Source: Octopus sinensis (Eukaryota). From it: a stretch of 64,000 nt of DNA. The DNA lies in assembly GCF_006345805.1 (NCBI RefSeq), contig NC_043014.1, forward strand, positions 21,576,001-21,640,000. Direction: 5' to 3'. Below are positions 52,640 through 64,000 of the stretch, in pieces. Under the pieces are notes generated by a model, which was given only the letters and a program-made list of their open reading frames with translations, searched no databases and was not told where the DNA came from. Each line of letters starts with the position of its first letter. The first letter of the stretch is position 1. A program made the position numbers and the translations under genes.

Positions 52640-53110
52640 ATGACCATTGTTGTCCATGTACTGCTTATAATGCAAAGCAATAGAATCACAAACATTAAAA
52701 ATCATTTTGGTCAGTATTTGTGCACATTCTCATCCAGTGACTCAATTTGTCAACTGTTGCCACTTTTGTACTGTAAACTTTTGTCTTTTATGTATCCCCA
52801 CAAAAAAAAAAAATGTCTAGTAATTTGTGGTCAAATGAATACCAAAAATATTTTACTGGGCCTTTTCTTCCAGTCCACCTGTTTGGCAAAATCTCATTAT
52901 GGTAGGCCCTTATATTACCATGGTATGTAGGAGTGTCATGTCTTGCTTGATATTTGAAATAAAACTTCACATCTTCAAATTCCTCTTGGATACTTTGCAT
53001 GACAGATTGTTGCAGCATGTTCAAGTAAATGGAACTAATCATATCACCATTAAAAAAACGAAAAGGTCCAATTAATCCTTTCAATAGTATACTGTAACTC
53101 CTGGTAAATT
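52640..53110 (-). mobile_element. Tc1/mariner catalytic-domain fragment
   Basis: GPFRFF, LPNRWTGRKGP and LLDIFF resemble QQDGAPPH..NRWIGR..WPPRSPDL..LDFF. Confidence 0.65.
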
Positions 53111-53233
53111 AACACAATGTTCCCTTGTAGTATGCAGATTCTCAGGCCAGTATTCTAGAACATTTCTTGTGGACAGTTCCATCTGCTTAACCTCCAAATC
53201 AAGTGATGATAAGCTGCATAGGTGGATCCATTT

Positions 53234-53264
<31 letters not shown>

Positions 53265-53798
53265 CCCTTCAGCTACCTTTTCAAACTTCTTGTAACACTT
53301 TAGGAAAATTTCCTTTGGTCAAAGCTTATTCTGGCTCTCTTCATTATCACTATTAGGTTAAAGTGGTAAGCTGGCAGAATTGTTCACATACTGGACAAAA
53401 TACTTTGTGACATTTCTTTCAGCTTTACATTCTGAATTCAAATTCTGCAGAGGTTGACTTTGCCTTTCATCTTTTCAGAGTTGTACACTGGTGCCATGGT
53501 AATTGACTACCCCCTTTCATTCAAAATTGCTGGCCTTGTGCCTATAGTAGAAATAATTTCTATTGGGTTAAATCTAAAAAGAAATGAGTTATCTGCTATT
53601 AAAGTGTGTATGCATTTCTCGGTAGTACACCCTATGTTAGCATGTTGCATATATAAATATATGCATACATTGTATGTGTGCTGATGTGTACCTACAAAAA
53701 ACTACATGAAAGAGGACCTTTAACAGAATCCACTCTGTTGCAAGCATTTAGGCCAGTTTTCTGGTTTGAGAGGACTTTTTACCTTCTTTTATTAAAGA

Positions 53799-55508
53799 CT
53801 AGCTGAATTACCCAGTGTTGCCCAGGATACTGAGGTTCTTATTCAGATTGGTTAACAATAAATATGAAGATATGTATTTTTTCTCATAATTATTTCAAAA
53901 TATCTATATTTTATTTAAAAATATCCAAATTGTAATGATAATAGAATTTAGAACTGAAAATCTGCCAATCTTGAAGCACCTCAGTGTAAACAATATTCAT
54001 TGTGTAATTTTTTTGTTGGTGTCCAAATGAATAAATTGCTGTTTCCAACTTGTGAGCAACCAACATAAAGTTGGCCATGGGAAAAGCATGTAGTAGAAAG
54101 ATAAAGTTCAACTACCTTGAGGGACTGACCCTGAGATTTGCTAATTGAAATGGAAACTGAAGCCTCTTAAATTTAAATGGAACATCTGTAGGTATGAGAG
54201 GAAATTTTGGAATAAAGATGTTTTCTTCTTTGTGACTACCTGAGAGTGTTGCCTGTAGGACATGGGACTTCATGGCAGTATCAATTAAGCAAGTTTCATT
54301 ACGCAGGCAAGGTGGGTCAAGATTCCTAAGCAACATAATGGGAGCATCCAGCTTTAGTGTGAAGTTATGCGGTGGTTTCCCAGTTGGTTTAAGTGTATTC
54401 AGAAATTCAACAGGGTATTGAACAGCCTGATCTTGGTCAACTGTTGTGTGAATTGGTGGAAAAGTAATTTCTGATGTATATGTTAACTTTTGAAGTTCAT
54501 GATCAAGTTTATCAACCATTTCATTCGTTGAAACCAGTATAGCTCTTTCACATAACCAGTTTACATCTGTGGAATTGACAATCACACGCTCACACACATA
54601 CACTTTCACATCCACTGACACACACACTCTCACATACACTGACATACATATACTAAAACATACACAGACATACATTTACGTAATGAACACACAAACATAG
54701 ACACACTCAGACACATATACACCCATACAAAATATGTCATGGTAGTGGTATAAAATGTCCTTTACTATGTGGTACGTAACGAATGTGCAAACACACACAC
54801 ACACTCATAGACACTCATATACAAAATATATCATCATTGTATAAAATGTCCTTTACTATCTTGTACATAATAAACGCAGAAACACACACACATTCACGGG
54901 CACATACACACTCATATACAAAATGTGTCATCGTCATATAAAATCCCCTTTACTATGTCATACATAACAAACATGCAAACACACACATACTGACAGGCAC
55001 ATACACACTCATATACAAAATGTCGTCATCGTTGAGGTATAAAATCTCCTTTACTATAGTTCTGTATTTAAGAGATGAGGAATTATGTACATTATTTACA
55101 TTTGACAGATATTTGTTCTCATCTTGTTTGTTGTTAACACAAGAGTTCAGCTGATGTATCCTCCAGCTTTCTTCAGGTGTCTTGGGGAAATTTCGAATTT
55201 AGGTTCTCATTCCTAAGACACCTGAAAAAGGCTGGAGGGTATATCAGCCGAAACATGTTAACAACAAACAAGATGAGGACAAATATCCTCCTTTACTATG
55301 TCGTATGCAATGAAAGCACAAATAGACACTCACAGACACATACACACTCATACAAAATGTGTCGTCATTGCCGTGTTATAAAATGTCCTTTAGTTTGTCA
55401 TGTGTAATGAACATGGAAATGCATACATACTCACAGACACACTCATACAAAATGTGACGTCATCATCGTGGTATAAAATGTCCTTTACTATAGTTGACTA
55501 TAGAAAGA
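53799..55508 (-). mobile_element. internally deleted Helitron with a PIF1 helicase fragment and a ~105-bp minisatellite
   Basis: On -: A|TC 5' end at 55508, 3' hairpin CCTGGGCAACACTGGG + CTAG|T at 53799; helicase motifs WLCERAIL, YPVEFLN..PPH..LKL..PIMLLRNL, FKFKRLQFP (54130-54590); tandem repeats 54690-55490. Confidence 0.85.
55058..55287. mobile_element. 230-bp foldback insertion with two inverted hammerhead-like (Penelope-type) motifs
   Basis: Arms 55108-55188 and 55209-55287; 11-12 bp TSD (C)TCCTTTACTAT at 55046-55057 and 55288-55299; + motif CTGAAAA-A-GGCTG-loop-CAGCC-GAAAC. Confidence 0.8.
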
Positions 55509-55794
55509 TTATTTTCAAGAAAAATGTTGTATTGTGTTAGTCAAAATGAAAATAAAAATTACATGTTGACACTTGTGGAGTGTAATACTATTACCTTGTA
55601 AAATTTGATTTGATTTGGTGGAGCTATTTAAAAATGCATAAGGAACAGATACAAAGAATTTTATATAGAGAGAGAGACAATTCGCTGATGTTTTACACAG
55701 GTTGTATGACTGTACTATTTCTCATGTTGGTTTCTATTTTTCTGTTTAGTATGACTATATTATATAATTGTTATTGTGTTTTCTCTATTCACAG

Positions 55795-55864
55795 AGAATT
55801 GGAACTTGGTTCTCATGACATTGTAGAAATCTCTGGTGATACAATTAATGTGACCAACACTAAG
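55795..55864 (+). CDS. STARD9: kinesin-3 (STARD9/KIF16-like) coding exon 2
   Basis: Acceptor ttttctctattcacag, 70 nt in the correct phase reading (R)ELELGSHDIVEISGDTINVTNTK, donor GTGAGT. The 47+70 nt exon pattern is, as I recall, that of vertebrate KIF16B. Intron 1 is 12085 bp. Confidence 0.85.
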
Positions 55865-56499
55865 GTGAGTGTATTCATATATTCATAGAGGCACCCAAAA
55901 AATAATCTGGGGCTTAAAGTATTAGTAAACTATATCTTTTTCTGAACTATTTTCATTCATTTTTTGTTAAAGCAAAATTTGAACAAACAATAGAGATATA
56001 TTTAGACTATTTAAAACAACAACATTGTGCAAAATTCCCCCATATTCTACTTCAGGGTTGGTGTTGAATGTTCTGTCAACACCAAATGGTTAAAAATGGT
56101 TCCACCAGGCAAAGGTTACATATCATCTTTCACCAAACACATTCCATCTTTTGCCAGTATATCCCCAAGGACAGTTCACTCCTCCCAAGATAGCATTTCT
56201 TTTCTAAGACTGCTATATTTTGGTGATAGACCCACTAGTACAATCTGTTGGATGATCTGCAGTGAGGGATCAAACATACAGATGAATATGTTTGAGAACC
56301 TCTATAGTGTACTAAATAGCTTGGATATTCACATTGAAGAACATGTCATCAGAAATACATCAGCTAAAAAAAAAAACACATGGAGAAATGCCAACCCAAA
56401 ATATCATACTTAAAATCAAAGCAGCAGAACACAACGTCAGTAATTTAAGGATTAAGAAGATTGGCCTCACTCATAAACTGAATCAATTTATTAACAATA

Positions 56500-56885
56500 A
56501 GCAGGTGTGGCTGAGTAATAAGAAGCTTGCTTCCCAACCACATGGCTCCAGGTTTAGTTCCACTGTGTGGCACCTTTGGCAAATGTCTTCTCCAATAGCC
56601 TTGGACTGACCAAAGCCTGGTGAGATGATTTAGCAAATTGAAACTGAAAGAAGTCTATTGTGTGTGTATCTGTGTCTTTGTGTATGTGTTTGTCCCCCGC
56701 CACTACTTGACAACCAGTGTTGGTGTGTTCACACCCCTGTAACTTAGCAACTTGGTAAAAGAGACTGATAGAATAAGTACCAGGCTTTAAAAAAAGTACT
56801 GTGATCAATTCGTTCAACTAAAATTTCTTAAAGGCAGTGCCCCAGCATGGCCACAGTCTAATGACTGAAACAAACGATAACAGAT
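56500..56885 (+). mobile_element. OK-type SINE; further copies at ~60380-60850(-) and ~63070-63290(+)
   Basis: Head GCAGGTGTGGCTGAGTAATAAGAAGCTTGC, tail CAGTGCCCCAGCATGGCCACAGTCTAATGACTGAAAC. Confidence 0.8.
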
Positions 56886-57532
56886 GAACCACATGAAACA
56901 GATTGGTAAATACAACACCAGTTTGCCACTATTCTCTATTTTCTCTTGATAAAGATGCTTTATCCCTGAAATATTGGAAAAACAAGGTAAAGTGTAAACT
57001 ATTCTTTTGTTTTCACTCTTTTACTTTCAACTATCATTGTACTGGCTTTTAAAACAATTTTAACAACTGTATCACAATACTTCATCATCATGCCTGAATA
57101 AGACTGCCTTTCTTTATTATGTTGAATCAGTCTTCATCAGTTAGTGTAGATTGACAGATGTAATGTTTATACATACTAATATGTAATATTGAGAGATAGC
57201 TCAGTATATTGGTTTTCATTTATTACATAGATGTATTAATCCTATGTATGGTGGTAGTGGTAGTGGCTGTGGTGGTGAGGGTGGTTGTGTGTGTGTGTAA
57301 AAATAATACCAAAACATCTTCCAATCTCCTGGTTTGAAACTATTACTCTGCAGAAAATATTTTCCAGTATTTTCAACTCTTAAGCATGCCACACACAAGT
57401 ATAACATTTACATACGGATTTGGAATACTGAAATAACACACCACTTGGATTGTAGCCCTATCTATATGATGTGTGTGTGTGTGTGTGTGCGTGCGTGCAT
57501 ATATATGTACATGTGTGTGTGTATATATATAT

Positions 57533-58361
57533 ATGTGGTCTGGTCAATAAATATCCTGACCATTGTCATAGTAACAAAGCTAAAGCACACTGGGCACAGA
57601 TTGACCTTGAACTCTGCTGTGCATGCACACTAAGTTATAACATTCTATCTCACTTCCGCTGTTTACTGCAGTGCTTGAAAAGAAGGTGTGTAGCGTCTGG
57701 TTGTCGCATTGACAATGACAAAGTTGAGCAGAGAATCTGCATCAAATTTTGCCAAAAGCTTTGTGATACCTGCTCAGAGGCCTACGCAAAATTTTCAAAA
57801 AGTTTCCATCATTCTTGACACAATCAAGGAGATCTTGTGCAACTGAAGCCTAAATGTCCTTTTGGTCAGCTAAAAGCAGTTTTAGCACAAAGCTGGCAGA
57901 CATATGTCTCATACCCAAATCTTCAATAATAATAGACTGAACTGTAACTAATCACGGCTGGTGATTTGACAATTTCCCCTCACAGCTGCATGCACATCTG
58001 TGCTGTTTTTGTCTGTTCAGCTGGTTGTGGGTCTCCCAGAACATTTGTCAATATCGACAATTTTCTCTCCTATCTTGGAAATGTCTGATCCACTCATATA
58101 CTCCTCTCCATACACTTTCTGAAACTCCGCGTAGGCCTCTGAGCAGGTATCGCCATAACTTTTTCTGTCATGGTCAATGCAATGATCACATGCTACACAC
58201 CTTCTTTCCAAGCACTGCTGTAAACAACAGAAGTGAGCTAGAATGTTAAAGCTTAGTGCTCATGCAGAGTTCAGGGTCAAGTTTTGCCAAGCGGCTTTAC
58301 TCTGTGTGCTTTAGCTTCATTACTGTGGCAACAATCCAGATACTTATTGATCAGACCTCAT
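57533..58361. mobile_element. long-TIR mariner derivative made of two inverted 5' ends
   Basis: ~270-bp inverted arms, both matching the 5' end of the 34434 mariner; the centre is further 5' transposase sequence on -. Confidence 0.85.
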
Positions 58362-59405
58362 ATATGTAATATTTACTCATTTCCTACCTTGAGGTGCCAC
58401 TTGGACACCTCGTCTCCTTGCAGCTACTACTGATTCATTTCTCCCCCGTAAAAGTGGTCACCTACAACTAGAACCTACTTTGTGCCCCCACCACTTCTTT
58501 TGTACCTTAACCTTCACCTGCTACCATAAACTCCTTCTCTCAGGTTTTATAAGCTTGCAGGCTGCATGGCAACCTCAGTAATTCCAAAGCACCCAGTACA
58601 CATTATAAAGTGGTTGGTGTCAAACAGGACATCCAACCATAGGAACCATGCTAAAGCAGACATCGGAGCATAATGCAGTCCCTGGACCCACTGGATCCTG
58701 TGAAAACGTCCAACCCAAGCCAGCATGGAACATGGATATTAAATGGTGATGATGTAATACATGTTAAGTATTTGGCATTAGGAAGGGTATCGAGCTGTAA
58801 ATACTATGCCAAAAACAGATCCTGCCAGTACTGGTGCCACATAAAAAGCACTCAGTTCACTCTGTAAAGTGGTTGGCATCAGGAAGAGCATCCAGCTGCA
58901 AAAACCATGGAAACAGACTATGGAACTTGGTACAGCTCCAAAGCCTTACCAGTTCCTGTCAAGCTGTCCAACCATGCCTCCATGGAAAATGGATGATGAT
59001 GATGATAACATTAGCACATAGTATTACTTCAACATCTGGATATCAATGTATACCTCTTTTAAAAGGAACAGCCTGCTCATAAAATTAACATGCAGGTGGC
59101 TGAGCACTCCTCAAATACATGTGCCCTTAATATAGTCCTCAGGGAGATTCAGCTTGACAAAGCAGACCCTTTGAATTACAGGTACTACTCATTTTTGCCA
59201 GCTGAGTGGACCGGAGCAACGAGAAATAATGTCTCACTTAAGGACACAACACACTGCTGGGAATTGAACACACGACTTTACAAACCAAATTTCATAACCA
59301 CTAAGTCATGCATATTCACTAACACACATACACACATATTCAATAGCTATTATATATATTTGTTCAGACAAGCAGATATTTATTATCTGTCTTCATCTTC
59401 CTACT

Positions 59406-59442
<37 letters not shown>

Positions 59443-62039
59443 TTTCCTCCATTTACCGTACATCTCTTGTTTCAAAACTAGTTAATTTAATTCTTTAAGA
59501 GTTCCCTCCCCATCTCTCTCTCCCTCTTACTCCACTACTCTCTGTTCCTGTTCTATTCTCTTCTTTTCTTCCTCTCACTCTTTCACACTAACAACTCTTT
59601 TGTCTCTATCTGTAGTGTAGGCATAAACAATTGTATCTGTGTGTGTTTGTGCGCACACACACACACGCATGCGTCGCTTGTAAATAAACAGCTGTATATG
59701 TGTATGTGTGATATTTGTAACTTCGCTTTTGACTTGAGTCATACATAAAATGGGATGGACAAATGTGGGTGCGTGCACAAGTGTAGTTGTGTGTATTTAC
59801 ATTTGTATTTAACTATATTGTATTCATGTATGTATCTGCATGGTTGTCTACTTCTCTATACTTGTATGTATAGTTTCTACACAGTTGTGTGTGTGTGTGT
59901 GTTAAAAGTATGTCAATGTGTTCAAATTTGACATTTCTGCTTCAACTTGACTCACTGTTCAGTATTTGCTTTAGATAATGTTGTTGCTTAGTCGCAGCTC
60001 AGTCCTAATCAAAGCATACCTGTGATCAAAGACTTTCCCACTATGACCATCCCGTTTTCTTCAACTAGGAAGTGTTCCCTCTTTAATGTTCCCTTTAAAT
60101 AGTGCTGATAAAGTAAATGTCATATACTGAGATTTAATATAACTTATATCACCACCCACCTGTCTTTATAGCATCATGCTCTTATTGTTGGAAGGATTTC
60201 AAGAATGGTCTTTTGTTGTTAAGCATGAGGTAGTTGTCATAGCAACAATTCACTTCTTTTCCCATGCATTTGACATTGGCATTAGTGCCCACAACAACAT
60301 CCCTACTGAATCAACAAGGGAGCTTCTATGTTAAGGATGGGGAAGCTGTTTAGCATCAAGGGCAAATTATAAGGGTGGAGAAGTTCTTTAGCTGGGGCAC
60401 CACCTTGAAGTGTTTTAATTGAACAAATTGACCCCAGTACTTATTTTAAAGTCTAGTACTATTGGTCTCTTTTGCTTAACCACTAGGCCACAAGGAGATA
60501 AACAAACCAATACTTGTTGTCAAGCAGTGGCAGGGTTGTGTGTGTGTGTTCTTATTTCTGTCATTGAACTGGTGTCATACTGAGGTACCGCCTTGTAAGG
60601 CTTTGTCATTCGAATCAACTCCTGTACTTACTTCAAGTCTGGTAATTATTTTATTGATCCCTTTTTGCCTATCAAGTAATGGGAACAAATACAAAGAGAG
60701 ACACCCGTTCTCATGCACACACACACACACATATATGCTTCTGTCAACTAAATTCACTCATTAGGCATTGGTTAGCCAGGACTAAAGTAGAGAATGCTTT
60801 CTAGATGCTACAGAATGGGACTGAACTTGAAACCATATGGCTTTGAAATGAATTTCTTAACCACAAAAACATTCTATGTTTGTAAGTATACATATACAGG
60901 ATGAGCCAGGTATTCTGAATAAACTTGGGCTACAAATGGATGATGGCATAATGTAATGTTACATGATAGCTGCCAAATTTCAATGTTCCCATTTCTCTTT
61001 CAGACACATCAACTGCCTCAATATAGCAGATTCCTATCTGACATAAGAACGGAGAAGGCACTCAGTGCTCATGACTTTAGCTTTCAATCACATTGTCTCA
61101 GAGATTGTCAGCTTCTAAATGTGGCTGGGTCCTTTGTGTTCAGGTTTGGGAAAGATTTGGTAATCGTCAGGTAGTGAATATCATCCATAACCAAGAGGAA
61201 GAGATATTCTTAGTGGTCAGACTTCATCAAGTTAGGCATATTTGTCTAGCAGGTCTAGGACATCATCAACAACCACAGTAAATTCATGGTGGCCATCACC
61301 AAACAACTGAATGTAGCAGTCCACTATCAGATGTGTGATATATTAGGACATTAAGTACAAATGTGAGATATAGTCATGTAATTTCATGGGTCTCTTGATT
61401 TTAGCTTCCTGGGCTGCTGTCATTGGCAGTGGTGGCCATTCTGAGTGGCATAAGTTGGGACTACCTGATCATAGCATACAGCAGTCACTTATATGGCTGC
61501 ATTGGAGCTGTCATAGAGGTTGGTGGCAGTTTTGTTGAATGGCTTCTTTCTTTTGTGAACATGTGTGTCATGGCAGTTTACCCTGTAGCTTGATGCCTTT
61601 GTTTTCCTCTTGTCTTGTTTCAATCTTGCCTGATGCATATATATATATTAGAGGAAAAACCAAAGTAGAATGAGTGTCTCAAGTCATTTAGAATAATTTA
61701 ATTAGGGTGAGGTAAACTTGAAGTTTTGCACCCGTTTCTGGGATAACCCAAGTGGTAGGTTAATATGTCCACAGACTGGGTATTCTGTCATCAGAGACAA
61801 GGTATGAATATTTTAGGCAAGGAAAATTTACAGTTTACAAGGAATAAGATAGAAGAATAAAGAGTAAAGGTAGTTAGAAGAATATAGGCAGGAGAATAAT
61901 GTTCACAACTCATAATTTTCCAGAGAATATGGTTGTTGGTTGGTACTTCCATGAAGGTACAGGTCCTTAGTTAAAATCCTAGGAAAATCCAAGCAGTCCT
62001 TTATATTTTAAAAGTTGCCAGATCTTTCGTCTATAAAGT

Positions 62040-63062
62040 TTGTAAGGAGCTAGAGACTGAGGATGGAAACATGTTACCAGTATCAAAGCATAAAAAGCAT
62101 TCTAAATGCTCTGAAATCATCAAAACACCTGAATTTATCCAGCAAGTTCAACAGATCATTGATTACAATCCCAGAAAGTTCATGAGGTCAGTTGCAAAAG
62201 ATCTCCATGTGTCAGAAGGAACAGTCAGAAATGTTGTTCACGAAGACATCAGATATGTCTTATATGATGAGGAAAGGTCAATTTATCAGAAAAAGCATGA
62301 GAAGTTCACTACATCTAAAAGGCTCTTAAACAAGCAGAAGAATTGATTTGGTTTTCCTCAAATGAGCAAAACTTCGACCAAGATCAAAAAACTAACAGAA
62401 GAAATAGCAGATGGTTATGTGCAGACCTTTCTGAAGTTTCAAGTGTTATACATACAAAATTTCCTGCAACTGTCATGTTTTTAGGGGTTGTCAGCAACGA
62501 AGGACATGTGATGCCTCCTTACTTCTTTCCACAGGGCCATAAATTTAACTCTGCTGCCTACATTGAGGTCCTGGAAATAACTGTTAAACCCTGGGTAGAC
62601 TGTATGCAATGGAAGGCCATATGTGTTTCAGTAAAACTCTGCACTGTCACACATGGCTCTTGTAACACAGGAATGGATGGTTGAAAATTTTCATGATCAC
62701 GTAACCCCTAACATTTGGCCTCCTAATTCCCCAGATCTCAATCCATTGGACTATTACATATGGAGCATTGTTGAGAGAGAGGTCAATGAACATGCCCATA
62801 ACACCAAAGGTTCTTTGAAAGCTGCCATAGTCTGAGTAATGTCCAAAATGAAACAGGACCACTTTATTCAAGCATGTAGATGATTTAGATCTTTTATAGA
62901 AGCAGTCGTTGAAGCTGAAGATGGCTTTATTGATTAACATTATAGAAAAGAAGGTTTATTTTTATCCTCATAGCATTTTGTGATAAATAAAGTTATCAGC
63001 TGTTATTATATATCTGTTTTTTTATAAACATAAATCTGTCCTCAAATATCTTACGCACCCTG
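62040..63062 (+). mobile_element. maT/DD37D Tc1-mariner transposon, degenerate
   Basis: WFSSNEQNFDQDQKTNRRN, TKFPATVMFLGVVS, WPPNSPDLNPLDYYIW; right terminus ...CTTACGCACCCTG|TA. Confidence 0.85.
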
Positions 63063-64000
63063 TACACACACACACACACGTGTCTTTATGTTTGTTCTAT
63101 ATTATCCCTTGACAGCCGGTGTTGGTTCATTTACGTCTCTATAACTTAGTGGTTCAGCAAATGGGACTGCTAGAATAAGTATCAGACTTAAAATTTAAAG
63201 TACTGGGGTCAATTTTTCAACCTTTCAAGGTGGTATGATTGCATGGCTACAGTCTAATAACTGAAACATGTAAAAAGAGAAAGAAAAATAAGATAAACAC
63301 ATACCATTTTTGCTGTTGTATAAGATTTTTTTTTTTTTTTTGTAATTTTAAATGTAACCAAAAATTGCCCTGATTCTCATGCAGCTGTGGAAGACCAAGT
63401 GTTGTAGGGTAGGGAGCTGGAAAAGCATAAATCCACTAGGCACAATAATTGTTACTAATAATAGAATATTGAAAACAAGCCAAACTATCACAGTATGTTT
63501 GCATTAACTTAAGAATAAATTGCTTATGGTATGTTGGAAGTTATGTGGAGAGGTCATTATATCTTCCTCTGCATACATAACCCACACTTGATGCATGTCT
63601 TACATTATTTAATGACTGTTCTACCTTTAAGAAACATTGTTTTAGTTATCTAAATGAAATTCTCTGAGAAAGATGAAAGGAATGTTTAACTTTCATCTGC
63701 TGATCAGCTATTTGCAATGAGTGGATGACAACAAAAGCATAGCAGTGGTGCACCACCTTGATAACTGATAACACAAAACATCATTGTGAAAAATATGAGT
63801 TTTACATACTGTGTGGTAATTGTCTTGACCAACATACAAACATCTTACACAGTTTATCTGAAAGAAGAGAATACAGTACTTGTGTAATGTAGTTTATAGA
63901 GGATAAATTTATGGCTTCATGCTTTATTCCAGTACACTGTCACAGCATTATATTTGAATGCATAGAATCATACATTTTCCCCTTAATAAACCATTTAAAA

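Noticed and set aside
61000-61560. Possible L2/CR1 endonuclease remnant on -
   Set aside because: Similarity too faint to call by eye.
55865-64000. Kinesin exon 3 (expected F.YD/FD.SYWS-type motif)
   Set aside because: No matching segment with splice sites found; it probably lies beyond the window.

Overview
AT-rich eukaryotic intergenic/intronic DNA. The repeat families (RTE LINE with a CCAACCCATGCTAGCATGGAAAGCGGACGTTAAA(GAT)n tail; tRNA-head SINEs ending GGCGGTGCTCCAGCATGGCCGCAGTC...GACTGAAACAAG) look like those of Octopus. That assignment is from memory, not from a search. The only recognisable host protein-coding gene is a + strand kinesin-3 of the KIF16 subfamily, most like STARD9/KIF16A: exon 1 at 43663-43709 and exon 2 at 55795-55864 encode MSNIKVAVRVRPLTKRELELGSHDIVEISGDTINVTNTK, and the gene continues past the window. 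Weaker evidence points to a - strand spliced transcript (candidate exons at 23.2, 22.5, 4.6 and 4.2 kb) and a promoter-like region at 22.5-23.3 kb. The most striking structure is a 14.3-kb block nested inside the internal microsatellite of one SINE. It comprises a 6.5-kb TA/CA array, about 5.8 copies of a ~530-bp monomer carrying TATA, initiator-like and YY1-like motifs, a near-intact 4-kb RTE LINE, and more TA/CA. The monomers may be tandem 5' promoters of the LINE. Also notable are small foldback elements built from two inverted minimal hammerhead-like (Penelope-type) halves, one with an 11-12 bp TSD. The rest is TE debris: RTE, BovB-like RTE, Tc1/mariner, maT, hAT and mariner MITEs, Helitron, a Copia-like relic and SINEs. 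Most long ORFs in the supplied track are artefacts of TA/CA repeats or antisense TE frames. Indel noise in the repeats suggests unpolished long-read consensus.
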